Below, piece by piece: positions 55,886-64,000 of a DNA stretch of 64,000 bases. Both the position numbers and the translations under genes were made by a program. The notes beneath the pieces are model-generated. The model did no database searches. It was not told the origin of the DNA and saw only the letters and a program-made list of their open reading frames with translations. Within the stretch, counting starts at the first letter, position 1, and every line of letters begins with the position of its first letter. Origin of the DNA: Vicinamibacterales bacterium (GTDB lineage Bacteria; Acidobacteriota; Vicinamibacteria; Vicinamibacterales; CAVVIG01); assembly GCA_035652075.1 (NCBI GenBank), contig DASREL010000107.1, positions 12,385-76,384 on the forward strand, given 5' to 3'.

Positions 55886-56337
55886 CGTCGCTGCTGCAGG
55901 GCACGCATGACGCGGTCGTGATCGAATCCTTGTCCGATCAGATAGCGATACAGGCGCTGGAACTCGCGGTCGTCGGCAATCTTTTCTCGACCGCGCAGCC
56001 GCTTCGCCAGCGACGCCTCGAGCAGCTCCTCGTCGTCGATCGACTCGAACACCTCGTCGATCGCTTTTTTTGCCGCTGACTTCGAGATACCGGCGCGTTC
56101 GATTTGCAGGCGGACGCGCATCTTGCCGCGCCGTTTGATGGAGGTCTCGGTCCGCGCGATCGCCTCAGCGACCCGGCTGTCGTCGATCGCCCGCTCCTCG
56201 CGGAGCCGCGCCACCGCGTCGTCGATCGCCTCCTCGTCGTGACCCTTGCGGCGGAGCCGCTGACGGACTTGCAGTTCGGAGAGCTCGCGTCGCGCGAGCA
56301 TCTTGAGGCCGTCGATGTACGCAGGACTAGCGCCCAA
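55876..56337 (-). CDS. recX: Regulatory protein RecX
   Basis: LKMLARRELSELQVRQRLRRKG...AVARLREERAIDD three-helix repeat pattern. Confidence 0.8.
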   Translation of the reverse strand: MGASPAYIDGLKMLARRELSELQVRQRLRRKGHDEEAIDDAVARLREERAIDDSRVAEAIARTETSIKRRGKMRVRLQIERAGISKSAAKKAIDEVFESIDDEELLEASLAKRLRGREKIADDREFQRLYRYLIGQGFDHDRVMRALQQRRQA

Positions 56338-57493
56338 ACCGCGAGATTTCCGGCGGCCCCGACGGCGGTTTGGCGGCGGCCGCCTCTTTCTTGCTCATGC
56401 CGTCGCGGCCGATTTCTGAACTGGTCATGATGCCGGCGATCTTCAGCTTGAATTCGTCGACGTTGCTGACCCAGCGCAGCGCCTCTTCGAGCGACACGAT
56501 GCCGCGTTCGTACAACCGGAAGATCGACTGATCGAACGTCTGCATGCGGTACTGCGATCCGCCGGCGGCGATCGCGCCGGCGATCAGATGCGTCTTGTCC
56601 TTGTCGACGATGCAGTCGCGGATGAAGGGCGTGGAGATGAGGACCTCGACGGCCGGCGCGCGACCTTTGCCGTCGGCGCGCGGCATCAGGCGCTGCGACA
56701 CGACCGCCTTCAGCACACTGGCGAGCTGCACGCGGATCTGCTTCTGCTGATGCGGCGGAAACACGGCGATGATGCGGTTGATCGTTTCGGTCGCATCGAG
56801 CGTGTGGAGCGTCGAGAACACCAGGTGGCCGGTTTCGGCGGCGAGCAGGCCGGTCTCGATCGTTTCGAAGTCGCGCATTTCGCCGACGAGGATGACGTCC
56901 GGATCCTGACGCAGCGCGCTGCGCAAGGCGTGCGCGAACGATTTCGTGTCGACCGACACTTCGCGCTGATTGACGATCGACATCTGATCGCGATGGAGGA
57001 ACTCGATCGGATCCTCGACCGTCATCACGTGCGCCGACCGCGTCTTGTTGATGTAGTCGATCATCGCCGCCAGCGTCGTGCTCTTGCCGCTGCCGGTCGT
57101 GCCGGTGACGAGGACGAGACCGCGCTCCTCTTGCGAGATCGCCTTCAGGACGTCGGGCAGATCGAGCTCGTCGATCGTCCGGATTTGCATCGGGATCACG
57201 CGAAGGACCAGGCCGACGGTGCCGCGCTGCTGGAAGATGTTGACGCGGAAGCGGCCGAGGCCGGCGACGCTGTAGGCGAGGTCGACCTCGTTGACCTGCT
57301 TGAACTTCTCGAGCTGCTGCTTCGACATGATCGCCGCACTCATCGCGACGACGTCTTCGTAGTCGAGCTTTTTGTCCTCGGTAATCGGTTTCAGCACGCC
57401 CGCGACCCGCATCATCGGGAACGTCCCGACCTTGAGGTGCAGGTCGGACGCGCCCTGATCGACCGCGAGCTTCAGCAGGTCGTCAACGTGCAT
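56327..57493 (-). CDS. pilT: Type IV pilus retraction ATPase PilT-like
   Basis: GASDLHL, GTTGSGKSTT (Walker A), ILVGEMRD, HLVFSTLHT. Confidence 0.9.
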   Translation of the reverse strand: MHVDDLLKLAVDQGASDLHLKVGTFPMMRVAGVLKPITEDKKLDYEDVVAMSAAIMSKQQLEKFKQVNEVDLAYSVAGLGRFRVNIFQQRGTVGLVLRVIPMQIRTIDELDLPDVLKAISQEERGLVLVTGTTGSGKSTTLAAMIDYINKTRSAHVMTVEDPIEFLHRDQMSIVNQREVSVDTKSFAHALRSALRQDPDVILVGEMRDFETIETGLLAAETGHLVFSTLHTLDATETINRIIAVFPPHQQKQIRVQLASVLKAVVSQRLMPRADGKGRAPAVEVLISTPFIRDCIVDKDKTHLIAGAIAAGGSQYRMQTFDQSIFRLYERGIVSLEEALRWVSNVDEFKLKIAGIMTSSEIGRDGMSKKEAAAAKPPSGPPEISRFGR

Positions 57494-58430
57494 GCGCCGG
57501 CTCCGGTGTGTAGACGTACGTCAGCCAACCGTGGCGGTCGGGCGTGACGCCGTTGATCACATCGAAGAACGCTGTCTGCAGCTGCTCGGTGACCGGTCCG
57601 CGTTTGCCGTTCGCGATCGTGATCTTGTCGATGGACCGCACCGGCGTCACCTCGGCGGCGGTGCCGACGAAGAACACTTCGTCGGCGAGGTAGAGCGCCT
57701 CGCGCGGAATCGTCGCTTCCGTCACGCTGAGGCCGAGTTCGCGGGCGAGCGTGACGATCGAATCGCGCGTGATGCCGCCAAGAATCGAATCGCCGACCGG
57801 CGGCGTCAGGAGCTTGCCGTCGCGGACGATGAACAGATTCTGGCCGCTGCCTTCGCTGACGTGGCCGTTGACGTCGAGCGCAATGCCCTCGGCGTAGCCC
57901 TCGAGCAGCGCTTCCATCTTGATCAACCCGGAGTTCGCGTAATTCGCCGAGCTCTTGGCCATCGCCGGCAGCGTGTTGGGCGCCATCCGATTCCAGGTCG
58001 CGATCTTGACGTCGACGCCGTTCTCGAGCGCTTCCTTGCCGAGCATCGTGCCCCATTCCCACAGGATGATCGCCGCGTCGATCGGGCAGGGGAGCGGGTT
58101 GACGCCGAGCGTGTCGTATCCGCGGAACGCGACCGGCCGGATGTAGCACGCCTTCATCTCGTTCGCGCGAATCGTCTCGAGCACCGCATCCATCCAGCCT
58201 TTGAGATCGAGCGGATACTCCATGCGGTAGATCTTCATCGATTGCTGCAGCCGGCGCATGTGCGCGTCGAGCCGGAAGCAGGCGGACCCGCGCGGCGTGT
58301 TGTAGCAGCGCGCGCCTTCGAACACGCCCGTTCCGTAATGGATGACGTGCGAGGCCACGTGAATGGTCGCGTCCTTCCAGTCGACGAGCTTCCCGTTCAT
58401 CCAGATCTTGCCGGTGCCAGCGAATGCCAT
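57483..58430 (-). CDS. ilvE: Branched-chain amino acid aminotransferase
   Basis: Class IV aminotransferase pattern: IWMNGKLVDW, VFEGARCY, EGSGQNLF. Confidence 0.9.
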   Translation of the reverse strand: MAFAGTGKIWMNGKLVDWKDATIHVASHVIHYGTGVFEGARCYNTPRGSACFRLDAHMRRLQQSMKIYRMEYPLDLKGWMDAVLETIRANEMKACYIRPVAFRGYDTLGVNPLPCPIDAAIILWEWGTMLGKEALENGVDVKIATWNRMAPNTLPAMAKSSANYANSGLIKMEALLEGYAEGIALDVNGHVSEGSGQNLFIVRDGKLLTPPVGDSILGGITRDSIVTLARELGLSVTEATIPREALYLADEVFFVGTAAEVTPVRSIDKITIANGKRGPVTEQLQTAFFDVINGVTPDRHGWLTYVYTPEPAHAR

Positions 58431-58440
58431 AGCTCTGATT

Positions 58441-59424
58441 TTATTGTGTTTCGCCGCAGAAGGGACAGCGGTCGGACCGGGCGTGCAGCGGCTTGCGGCA
58501 GTGCCAGCAGAAGCGGGGCTGCGGCGCTTCGCGGGCTTTCAGGCGGCTCTGGATCTCCTGCGCGGCGTCGACGCCGACGGCGGCTTCGACCGCCTCGGGC
58601 GTGTGGCGCGGCGTCTGCCGTGGCCGCGTCGACCGCGCCGCCAGCACATCGTCCAGCAATTCGTGCGCGCGCTGGTACCGCTCGGAAATCTGCGGCGCCA
58701 TCGCCTTCATGACGATGTCGCTGATGCCTTTCGGGATCTTCGAGTTCTTCATGCGCGGCGGCGACACGAGGCTGCCGGTCATCAACCGGTCGAGATCGGC
58801 GGGTGACGGCGTGTCGTAGGGCAACATGCCAGTCAGCATCTGATACATCGTGACGCCGAGCGAGTAGATGTCCGACGCGAAGACCGCCTTGCCGTGAAAC
58901 TGCTCCGGCGCCATGTACGGCGGGCTGCCGATCACCGTCGTCCCGTGCGCGGCGATCTCGAGAAAGCGCGACGTGCCGAAATCGGCAACCTTCAACATGC
59001 CGCTGTCGGCGACGAGGACATTGGACGGACGCAGGTCGCGATGCAGCACCCCTTGTTTGTGCGCGTGGTCGACGGCGTTCGCGATTTGACAGGTGTAGTC
59101 GAGCGCGCGCGCCAGATCGAGCGCGCCGTCGCGCGCGATGATCGACTCGAGCGTCTCGCCGGGCACGAACTCCATGACGATGAAGAAGACGTTGTCCTGC
59201 TTCTCCGCGGTCAGGATCGTGACGATGTTGGGATGATTGAGGCTCGCGAGCAGACGCGGCTCGCGCAGCAGCTCGCCGAAGTCGACGCCTTGCTTGTGCG
59301 GAACCTTGAGCGCGACTTTCTTGTCGATCCAGGTGTCTTCGGCGAGATACACGGTGCCAAAGCCTCCGCTGCCAATCGTCGAGAGGATTTTGTATTTCCC
59401 GATGATTTGTCCGCGGAAAAACAT
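58441..59424 (-). CDS. Ser/Thr protein kinase with a C-terminal zinc-ribbon
   Basis: The start is set at MFFRGQIIGKYKIL. GSGGFGTVY...VALK, HRDLRPSNVL, DFGTS, APE. The tail is CWHCRKPLHARSDRCPFCG. Confidence 0.85.
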   Translation of the reverse strand: MFFRGQIIGKYKILSTIGSGGFGTVYLAEDTWIDKKVALKVPHKQGVDFGELLREPRLLASLNHPNIVTILTAEKQDNVFFIVMEFVPGETLESIIARDGALDLARALDYTCQIANAVDHAHKQGVLHRDLRPSNVLVADSGMLKVADFGTSRFLEIAAHGTTVIGSPPYMAPEQFHGKAVFASDIYSLGVTMYQMLTGMLPYDTPSPADLDRLMTGSLVSPPRMKNSKIPKGISDIVMKAMAPQISERYQRAHELLDDVLAARSTRPRQTPRHTPEAVEAAVGVDAAQEIQSRLKAREAPQPRFCWHCRKPLHARSDRCPFCGETQ

Positions 59425-59443
59425 GCAGGGCGAGTATATCAGT

Positions 59444-59548
59444 GTGGTGCTGAGTGCACCGTGCAGGGTGCAGCGTGCTTTCGGTGCGCGGTCCGCACGT
59501 TGCACCAGGTGCACCTTGCACGCTGCACCCTGCACTTTTGCACCGCCA
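59444..59548. repeat. GTGCAS-core array hairpin (second locus of this word)
   Basis: ggtgct gagtgcac cgtgcag ggtgcag cgtgctt ... ttgcac caggtgcac cttgcac gctgcac cctgcac ttttgcac. It lies in the kinase/rsmE divergent spacer. Confidence 0.85.
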
Positions 59549-59550
59549 CC

Positions 59551-59556
59551 TATAAT
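59551..59556 (+). promoter_or_regulatory. Perfect TATAAT hexamer 7 nt upstream of the rsmE GTG
   Basis: cacc TATAAT ccgtccc GTG. There is no Shine-Dalgarno-like sequence in between. Confidence 0.35.
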
Positions 59557-59563
59557 CCGTCCC

Positions 59564-60301
59564 GTGCACAGGTTCTTCGCGCCCGACCTGGATCCCGGCG
59601 ACGAGTTCGTCGTCCTCCCGCGCGACGAGGCGGAGCATCTCACGCGGGTGTTGCGGCTCGGCGTCGGCGACACGGTGGCGGTCTTCAACGGACGCGGACA
59701 GGAGTTCGCCGCGCGGGTGGCGAGCGCAGTGCGGCGCGATGTGCGCGTGCAACTGCAGTCGCGGATCGAGCCGGCGGCCGAGGCCGACGTGCCGATCACG
59801 CTGGTGCAAGCCGTCATCAAAGGCGAAAAGATGGACGACGTCGTCCGCGACGCGGTGATGCTCGGCGTCGCGGCGGTGCAGCCGATCGTGTCGAAGCGTG
59901 CGGAGACGACCGTTGCGGCGCTGATTCGGACGAACCGCGTGGATCGGTGGAGGCGCGTGGCGCTCGCGTCGGCGAAACAGTCGCGCCGCGCAGTCCTGCC
60001 CGAGATCCGCACGCCGCTGACGCTGGAGAATTATCTCGCCGAGCCGCCGACCGCGCTGCGCGTGATGTTCGTCGAACCTGCGGCCGGGGGAGGCGAGTCG
60101 GTCGCTGCGCTGCAGCGAGAGCCGATTCCGTCAGACGCCGCGATTCTCGTTGGCCCTGAAGGTGGATGGACGGAGCATGAATGCGCGATGGCGCGCGAAC
60201 AGCAGGTGCGACTGATGACGCTCGGTCATCGCACGCTGCGCGCCGACGCGGTGCCGATCGCCGCGATCAGCGTGCTGCAGTTTTTGTGGGGCGATTTGTA
60301 G
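59564..60301 (+). CDS. rsmE: 16S rRNA (uracil1498-N3)-methyltransferase RsmE
   Basis: VHRFFAPDL start, HLTRVLRL, and a C-terminal GPEGGW motif. Confidence 0.9.
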   Translation: MHRFFAPDLDPGDEFVVLPRDEAEHLTRVLRLGVGDTVAVFNGRGQEFAARVASAVRRDVRVQLQSRIEPAAEADVPITLVQAVIKGEKMDDVVRDAVMLGVAAVQPIVSKRAETTVAALIRTNRVDRWRRVALASAKQSRRAVLPEIRTPLTLENYLAEPPTALRVMFVEPAAGGGESVAALQREPIPSDAAILVGPEGGWTEHECAMAREQQVRLMTLGHRTLRADAVPIAAISVLQFLWGDL

Positions 60302-60312
60302 CTGGCGGCGCG

Positions 60313-62067
60313 CTACCTGAGCGTGACCTTGAAGTCGTGCGTCTTCGAGTCGCCTTCGCTGATCGCGATGCGCGACGCGCCGGCGCGGTGTTCGTCGAGG
60401 TACGCCGGCTCGAACCACTCGCCCTGTTCCGTCGGATCGACGGTCGCGAGGTAGTAGTCGCCTGGCGGCAGCCCGCGGATCCGGTACTTGCCCGTTTGAT
60501 CGGGACGCGCGGTCATGATCTGCCGTGATTGCGCCCGCCACAGCGACGGATCCGTCGAAAACGCCAGCACGGTGAAGTCTGGAACCGGATTGCCTTGCGA
60601 ATCGGTGACGGTGCCGGTGATCTCGCTCAGTTTGTCGGTGAAGGTGACGGCGACGTTGGTGACCGACTGGCCGCTGCGCAGCGTGATCGGCGTGTCGGTG
60701 ACGTCGCGTCCGTCGATCGTCACCGATTTCAGCACCCAGCCTCGCAGGCCGCCGCTCGGCCGAATCAGGTGCGTGCCGGCGGCGACGCCGTCGAGCGTGA
60801 ACTTGCCGTCGCGATCGACGCGCGCGTTCTGCTGTGGACCGAACGAATCCTGATCGAGCGACGGCGCCGTGATGCGGATGTTCGTGATGTCGGGCGGCGG
60901 CGTCGAACCCGGCAACATGGTGACCGTGCCGGCGAAGTGCGCGCCGGCGGCGAGGATGACCGTGACGCCGTCCACGTCCTGACCGTTGACGCTGATCGGC
61001 TGCGACGCAAACTGCGGCGGCTCGGTGTCGGTGCCTCGCGCGCGGAGGACGTAGCGGCCCGGCGGAACGTTGGCGATCTCGAAGCTGCCGTCCCAATCGA
61101 TCCGGCTGCCGTAGTTGGCGCCCATCTGACCGCGCGCTATCGTGCCGTCGGTCATCAGGTTGACGTTGCCGCTCGACGTCGGCGTCCCGTCCGGATTCGT
61201 CACCGTGCCGGCGATTCGCGCCGCGCGCACGAGCTGCATGTTGAAGTTGATGTCGGTGACCTCTTCGCTGAGGCCGACGTTAATCGGCTTCGCTTCGACG
61301 ACCGAGGGCACGCCAGGGAAGTACGTCGGCGCATACGACAGCGACTCCTCGTCATCGCCACTGGTCGGTTGCGTGGCGGGCGGCCCGCCTCTCCCGCCGC
61401 GCCCGCCGCCGCCGAACCCACCGAACGGTCCGCCGCCGCGGCCGCCGAAGTTGAAGTTGCGTGCGATCGCGTTGACGTAGTATTCGCCGGGCATCAGTCC
61501 CCAGACGCGGAACTGACCTTTGTCGTCCGTCTGTCCGTTACCGGCCGGCGACAATCGCCGTTCGCCCTGCAAATACTGATAGCGCATCACGCGCACCTGC
61601 ACGCCCGCCATCGGCTCGCCGTCCTCGTCGAAGATGCGCCCGGCGATCACGCTGCCGCGCGGCAGCCGGAAGTCGACGCCTTTGAGCTGCTGGCCATCGA
61701 GCAACTGCAGCGGCGTGCCCGCTTGCAGCGGACGCCGTTGACCGTAGGCGAGCGACACGAATCCGGACTTCGAGACCGTCAGCGTGTAGCGGCCGGCGGG
61801 CAGTTCGGTGAGGTCGAAGACGCCCTGGTCGTCGGTCAGCGCCCCGCGTCCACCGGGCAGTTCGGCGGCGTTGATGAACACGCGCGCGCGCTTGATCGGC
61901 CGTCCCGAATCGCCCGCGACGACGCGGCCGGTAATGCGCCCGGTCGGCGTCGGCGGGGCATCTTTCTGGTTCTGCTGCGCTGATGTATCGCGCGACGGTT
62001 GTTGCGGCTGCTGCGCGACAAGCGTCACGGTCAACAGCACGCAGAGCGCGGTCAACGGACGAATCAT
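60313..62067 (-). CDS. Secreted multi-repeat carboxypeptidase-regulatory-like domain protein
   Basis: Signal peptide. Repeated G(R/T)(I/V)xGxVxD..G.P......V modules, for example GRITGRVVAGDSGRPI, IAGRIFDEDGEPM, ITGTVTDSQGNPV. Confidence 0.7.
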   Translation of the reverse strand: MIRPLTALCVLLTVTLVAQQPQQPSRDTSAQQNQKDAPPTPTGRITGRVVAGDSGRPIKRARVFINAAELPGGRGALTDDQGVFDLTELPAGRYTLTVSKSGFVSLAYGQRRPLQAGTPLQLLDGQQLKGVDFRLPRGSVIAGRIFDEDGEPMAGVQVRVMRYQYLQGERRLSPAGNGQTDDKGQFRVWGLMPGEYYVNAIARNFNFGGRGGGPFGGFGGGGRGGRGGPPATQPTSGDDEESLSYAPTYFPGVPSVVEAKPINVGLSEEVTDINFNMQLVRAARIAGTVTNPDGTPTSSGNVNLMTDGTIARGQMGANYGSRIDWDGSFEIANVPPGRYVLRARGTDTEPPQFASQPISVNGQDVDGVTVILAAGAHFAGTVTMLPGSTPPPDITNIRITAPSLDQDSFGPQQNARVDRDGKFTLDGVAAGTHLIRPSGGLRGWVLKSVTIDGRDVTDTPITLRSGQSVTNVAVTFTDKLSEITGTVTDSQGNPVPDFTVLAFSTDPSLWRAQSRQIMTARPDQTGKYRIRGLPPGDYYLATVDPTEQGEWFEPAYLDEHRAGASRIAISEGDSKTHDFKVTLR

Positions 62068-62115
62068 GGTCGTTTCGTCAATATTAGACAGTCCGCGGGT
62101 CGATCGCGTTGACTG

Positions 62116-62913
62116 TCACGATTTTTTCAACAACAGGCCGACCCATGAATCCTCTTCGCGTTCCCACACGACCTCGGCCGCCGCGAACGCGCGGACGACC
62201 GTGTCGCGTTCGTGGGACTGCAGGCCGCTCAGGATCAAGGCGCCTCCAGACCTGACGGTGGCGAGTAGTGTCGGAGCCGATCGCTCGAGCAAGGCGCCCG
62301 TCAGATTCGCGAGGACCACGTCAGCAGGCGACAGCGCCGCCGCGCCGAGGTCGGCGACGTCGAACCGCACGTGCCGCACGTCGGGATTGAGCTCGAGGTT
62401 CTCGCGTGCCGACTGGATCGCATCCGGATCCAAATCGATCCCGATCGCGGACGCCGCGCCGAGCCGATCAGCCGCAATCGCCAGCACTCCAGAGCCTGTG
62501 CCGACGTCCAGGGCAGTCTTGCCGCCAAGATCGATCTGTTGAAGCGCGTCGAGACACAGCCTGGTCGTCGCGTGATGTCCGGTGCCGAAGCCCATCGACG
62601 GGCGGATTACGACAACGATGTCGGGATTCGGGGTTCGGGATTCGGGATTCGGAAGAACGGTGATGCGGCCAACGGTGATCGGCGCGAGGCCTTCCTGCGA
62701 TCGCCGTGCCCAGTCTTCGTCGGATACGTCGATCGGCGTAACGGCAAAACGCTGCGACAGGGAAGCGCGAGCCGCGTCGCGCGACGCCGCATCGACGAAA
62801 AACACGCGAAACCCCTCGTCGTGCCCTTCGATCGCCGTTGGAGAGAAGTCGTCGACGGCCACCAAGACAAGGTCGGACTCGCCGACCACATCCAGCGCCG
62901 GGTAATAACGCAC
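62116..62913 (-). CDS. prmA: Ribosomal protein L11 methyltransferase PrmA
   Basis: MGFGTGHHATT and LDVGTGSGVLAIAA motifs. The start is set at GTG 62913 (MRYYPALDV). The track start at 62988 would read through a 9-nt array and overlap dnaJ. Confidence 0.85.
   Translation of the reverse strand: MRYYPALDVVGESDLVLVAVDDFSPTAIEGHDEGFRVFFVDAASRDAARASLSQRFAVTPIDVSDEDWARRSQEGLAPITVGRITVLPNPESRTPNPDIVVVIRPSMGFGTGHHATTRLCLDALQQIDLGGKTALDVGTGSGVLAIAADRLGAASAIGIDLDPDAIQSARENLELNPDVRHVRFDVADLGAAALSPADVVLANLTGALLERSAPTLLATVRSGGALILSGLQSHERDTVVRAFAAAEVVWEREEDSWVGLLLKKS
62623..62650. repeat. Intragenic heptamer array GGGATTC x4 inside prmA
   Basis: gggattc ggggttc gggattc gggattc. It encodes PNPESRTPNP in a variable loop. 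Confidence 0.85.
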
Positions 62914-62981
62914 CCTAGGCACCCCAAGCACGATTGGCACCCCAGGCACCTTAGGCACCCCAGGCACCCTACGCACCCTGT
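62910..62981. repeat. 9-nt tandem array GCACCCYAG x8
   Basis: gcaccctag gcaccccaa gcacgattg gcaccccag gcaccttag gcaccccag gcaccctac gcaccctgt. It lies between the dnaJ stop and the prmA start. Confidence 0.9.
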
Positions 62982-64000
62982 TATCCAAACATGTCCTTGA
63001 CGCGATCGAACAGGTTCCGTTCGTGTTCTTCCTCGTCGCGGGCGCGCGGTTCGAGCTTCTCTTTCGGCAGCACCGCGGCGAGCTGTTCGAGCAGCTTGCG
63101 CTGCTCTTTGTTCAGCTTCTTCGGCGTGCGCACTTGGATTGTGGCGAACAGATCGCCGTGTCCGCGTCCGTTGACGTCGGGCATCCCTTTGCCTTTGAGC
63201 CGCAGCGTCGTGCCGGTCTGCGTCCCCTCGGGAACCTTCACCGTCTCGGGATCGCCAAGCGTCGGCACCTGAATCTCGCCGCCGAGCGCCAGCGTGGTGA
63301 AGTTGACGCCGACTTCGCAGAACAAGTTGTTGCCGTCGCGACGGAAGTGCTCGTGTTCCTGCACGTGGATGACGACGTACAGATGACCGGCGGGACCGCC
63401 GGCGGCGCCGGCCTCGCCTTCGCCCTGCAGACGCAGTTGCTGTCCGGTCGCGATGCCCGGAGGAATCTTGACGGTGATCTTGCGTTCGCGCGCGACGCGG
63501 CCGTTGCCGCTGCACGTCGCGCACGGCTTCGAGATGATCTTGCCGTTGCCGCGGCACTGCGGACACGTTTGCGCAATCGTGAAGAAGCCCTGCTGCCGGC
63601 GCACCTGTCCCGCACCGCGGCACATCGGACAGGTCGTCGGCGAGCTGCCGGCGGCCGCGCCCGATCCATGACACGTCTCGCAGGTTTCATGTCGCGGAAT
63701 CTGGATCGACGTTTCGGTGCCCTTCGCCGATTCCTCGAACGAGATCTCGAGGTCGTAGCGCAAATCGGCGCCGCGCTGCGGACCGCCGCGCCGACGGCCG
63801 CCGCCGAAGATGTCGCCGAAGCCGAACATGTTGCCGAGGATGTCGGCGAAGTCGCCGAATTCGGCGAAGACGTTCGGATCGAAACCGGCGCCGGCGCCGG
63901 CCGCGGAGCTGACGCCCGCGTGGCCGAAGCGGTCGTACATCGAGCGTTTGTCGCTGTCGCAAAGGACGGCGTACGCTTCGGCCGCTTCCTTGAATTTTTC
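62981..64000 (-). CDS. dnaJ: Chaperone DnaJ, 5' end outside the window
   Basis: Four CxxCxGxG motifs (CETCHGSG, CPMCRGAG, CPQCRGNG, CATCSGNG). A G/F-rich region. The frame continues upstream through the J-domain tail EKFKEAAEAYAVLCDSDKRSMYDRFG to the window edge. Confidence 0.95.
   Translation of the reverse strand, partial: EKFKEAAEAYAVLCDSDKRSMYDRFGHAGVSSAAGAGAGFDPNVFAEFGDFADILGNMFGFGDIFGGGRRRGGPQRGADLRYDLEISFEESAKGTETSIQIPRHETCETCHGSGAAAGSSPTTCPMCRGAGQVRRQQGFFTIAQTCPQCRGNGKIISKPCATCSGNGRVARERKITVKIPPGIATGQQLRLQGEGEAGAAGGPAGHLYVVIHVQEHEHFRRDGNNLFCEVGVNFTTLALGGEIQVPTLGDPETVKVPEGTQTGTTLRLKGKGMPDVNGRGHGDLFATIQVRTPKKLNKEQRKLLEQLAAVLPKEKLEPRARDEEEHERNLFDRVKDMFG

Noticed and set aside
53661-55910. 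749-aa plus-strand ORF antisense to alaS
   Set aside because: Same reasoning as above. AlaS motifs on the minus strand explain the region, and the antisense translation is low-complexity Arg/Ala/Asp-rich.
56327-57493. pilT as a marker of a type IV pilus gene cluster
   Set aside because: The flanking genes are recX and ilvE. No pilB, pilC, pilM-Q or pilin genes are in the window, so pilT is an isolated housekeeping copy here.
2881-62981. Reading the tandem arrays as CRISPR arrays
   Set aside because: The units are 6-9 nt with 0-6 nt between them. There are no 25-40-nt repeats and no unique spacers. No cas genes are present in the window.
1-64000. Mobile elements, prophage or genomic island; tRNA or rRNA genes
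   Set aside because: No transposase, integrase or phage-like ORF was recognised. Every intergenic region is under 190 nt and is filled by repeats or operators with no tRNA-like cloverleaf. The only strongly AT-rich stretch (28690-28752) is about 60 nt, too short for an island.

Overview
This is a GC-rich, densely coded 64-kb chromosomal segment. It is almost certainly from an Acidobacteriota genome, inferred from two PadR/duplicated-orphan-permease (ADOP) pairs, Solibacter-type TIGR03435-like and VWA TIGR03436-like domains, and CarboxypepD_reg-type outer-membrane proteins. These family names are recalled from memory, not searched. I support about 65 CDS, mostly housekeeping. They include: lipid A genes (a FabZ-LpxA fused ORF, lpxI); a futalosine-route menaquinone cluster (UbiD-type decarboxylase, mqnA, an MqnC/E-type radical SAM enzyme, an amidohydrolase, a UbiA-type prenyltransferase, ubiE/menG); tonB; miaA-hfq; deoB; dgt; yceD-rpmF-plsX-fabD-fabG-acpP-fabF running without a gap into etfB-etfA and an EtfD-like membrane Fe-S oxidoreductase; leuS-lptE-holA; rpsT; alaS-recX-pilT-ilvE; a Ser/Thr kinase; rsmE; prmA; dnaJ. 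I found no rRNA, tRNA, CRISPR array, transposase or integrase. The most unusual signal is non-coding. At least ten loci carry short tandem arrays of a 6-7-mer (period 7-13 nt), usually followed by the inverted array, giving periodically bulged hairpins. The architecture is conserved, but the repeated word differs at most loci. Several arrays run into coding sequence (LptE signal peptide, MqnP N-terminus, DeoB and PrmA loops, a YciE-like tail). A second, sequence-conserved 25-nt hairpin element (GCAGSCCTGAAGGSCTGCGCTAC) occurs five times. Other leads are: a BlaI / BlaR1(M56)-TIGR03435 / TIGR03435 / outer-membrane barrel / VWA operon of unknown signal and output; a MqnC/E paralog without the radical-SAM cysteines; an ORF with four CxxC motifs that is missing from the ORF track and has no canonical start codon; and loss of fabH from the fab operon. 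All start codons are manual calls, and all family assignments rest on motifs visible in the translations.
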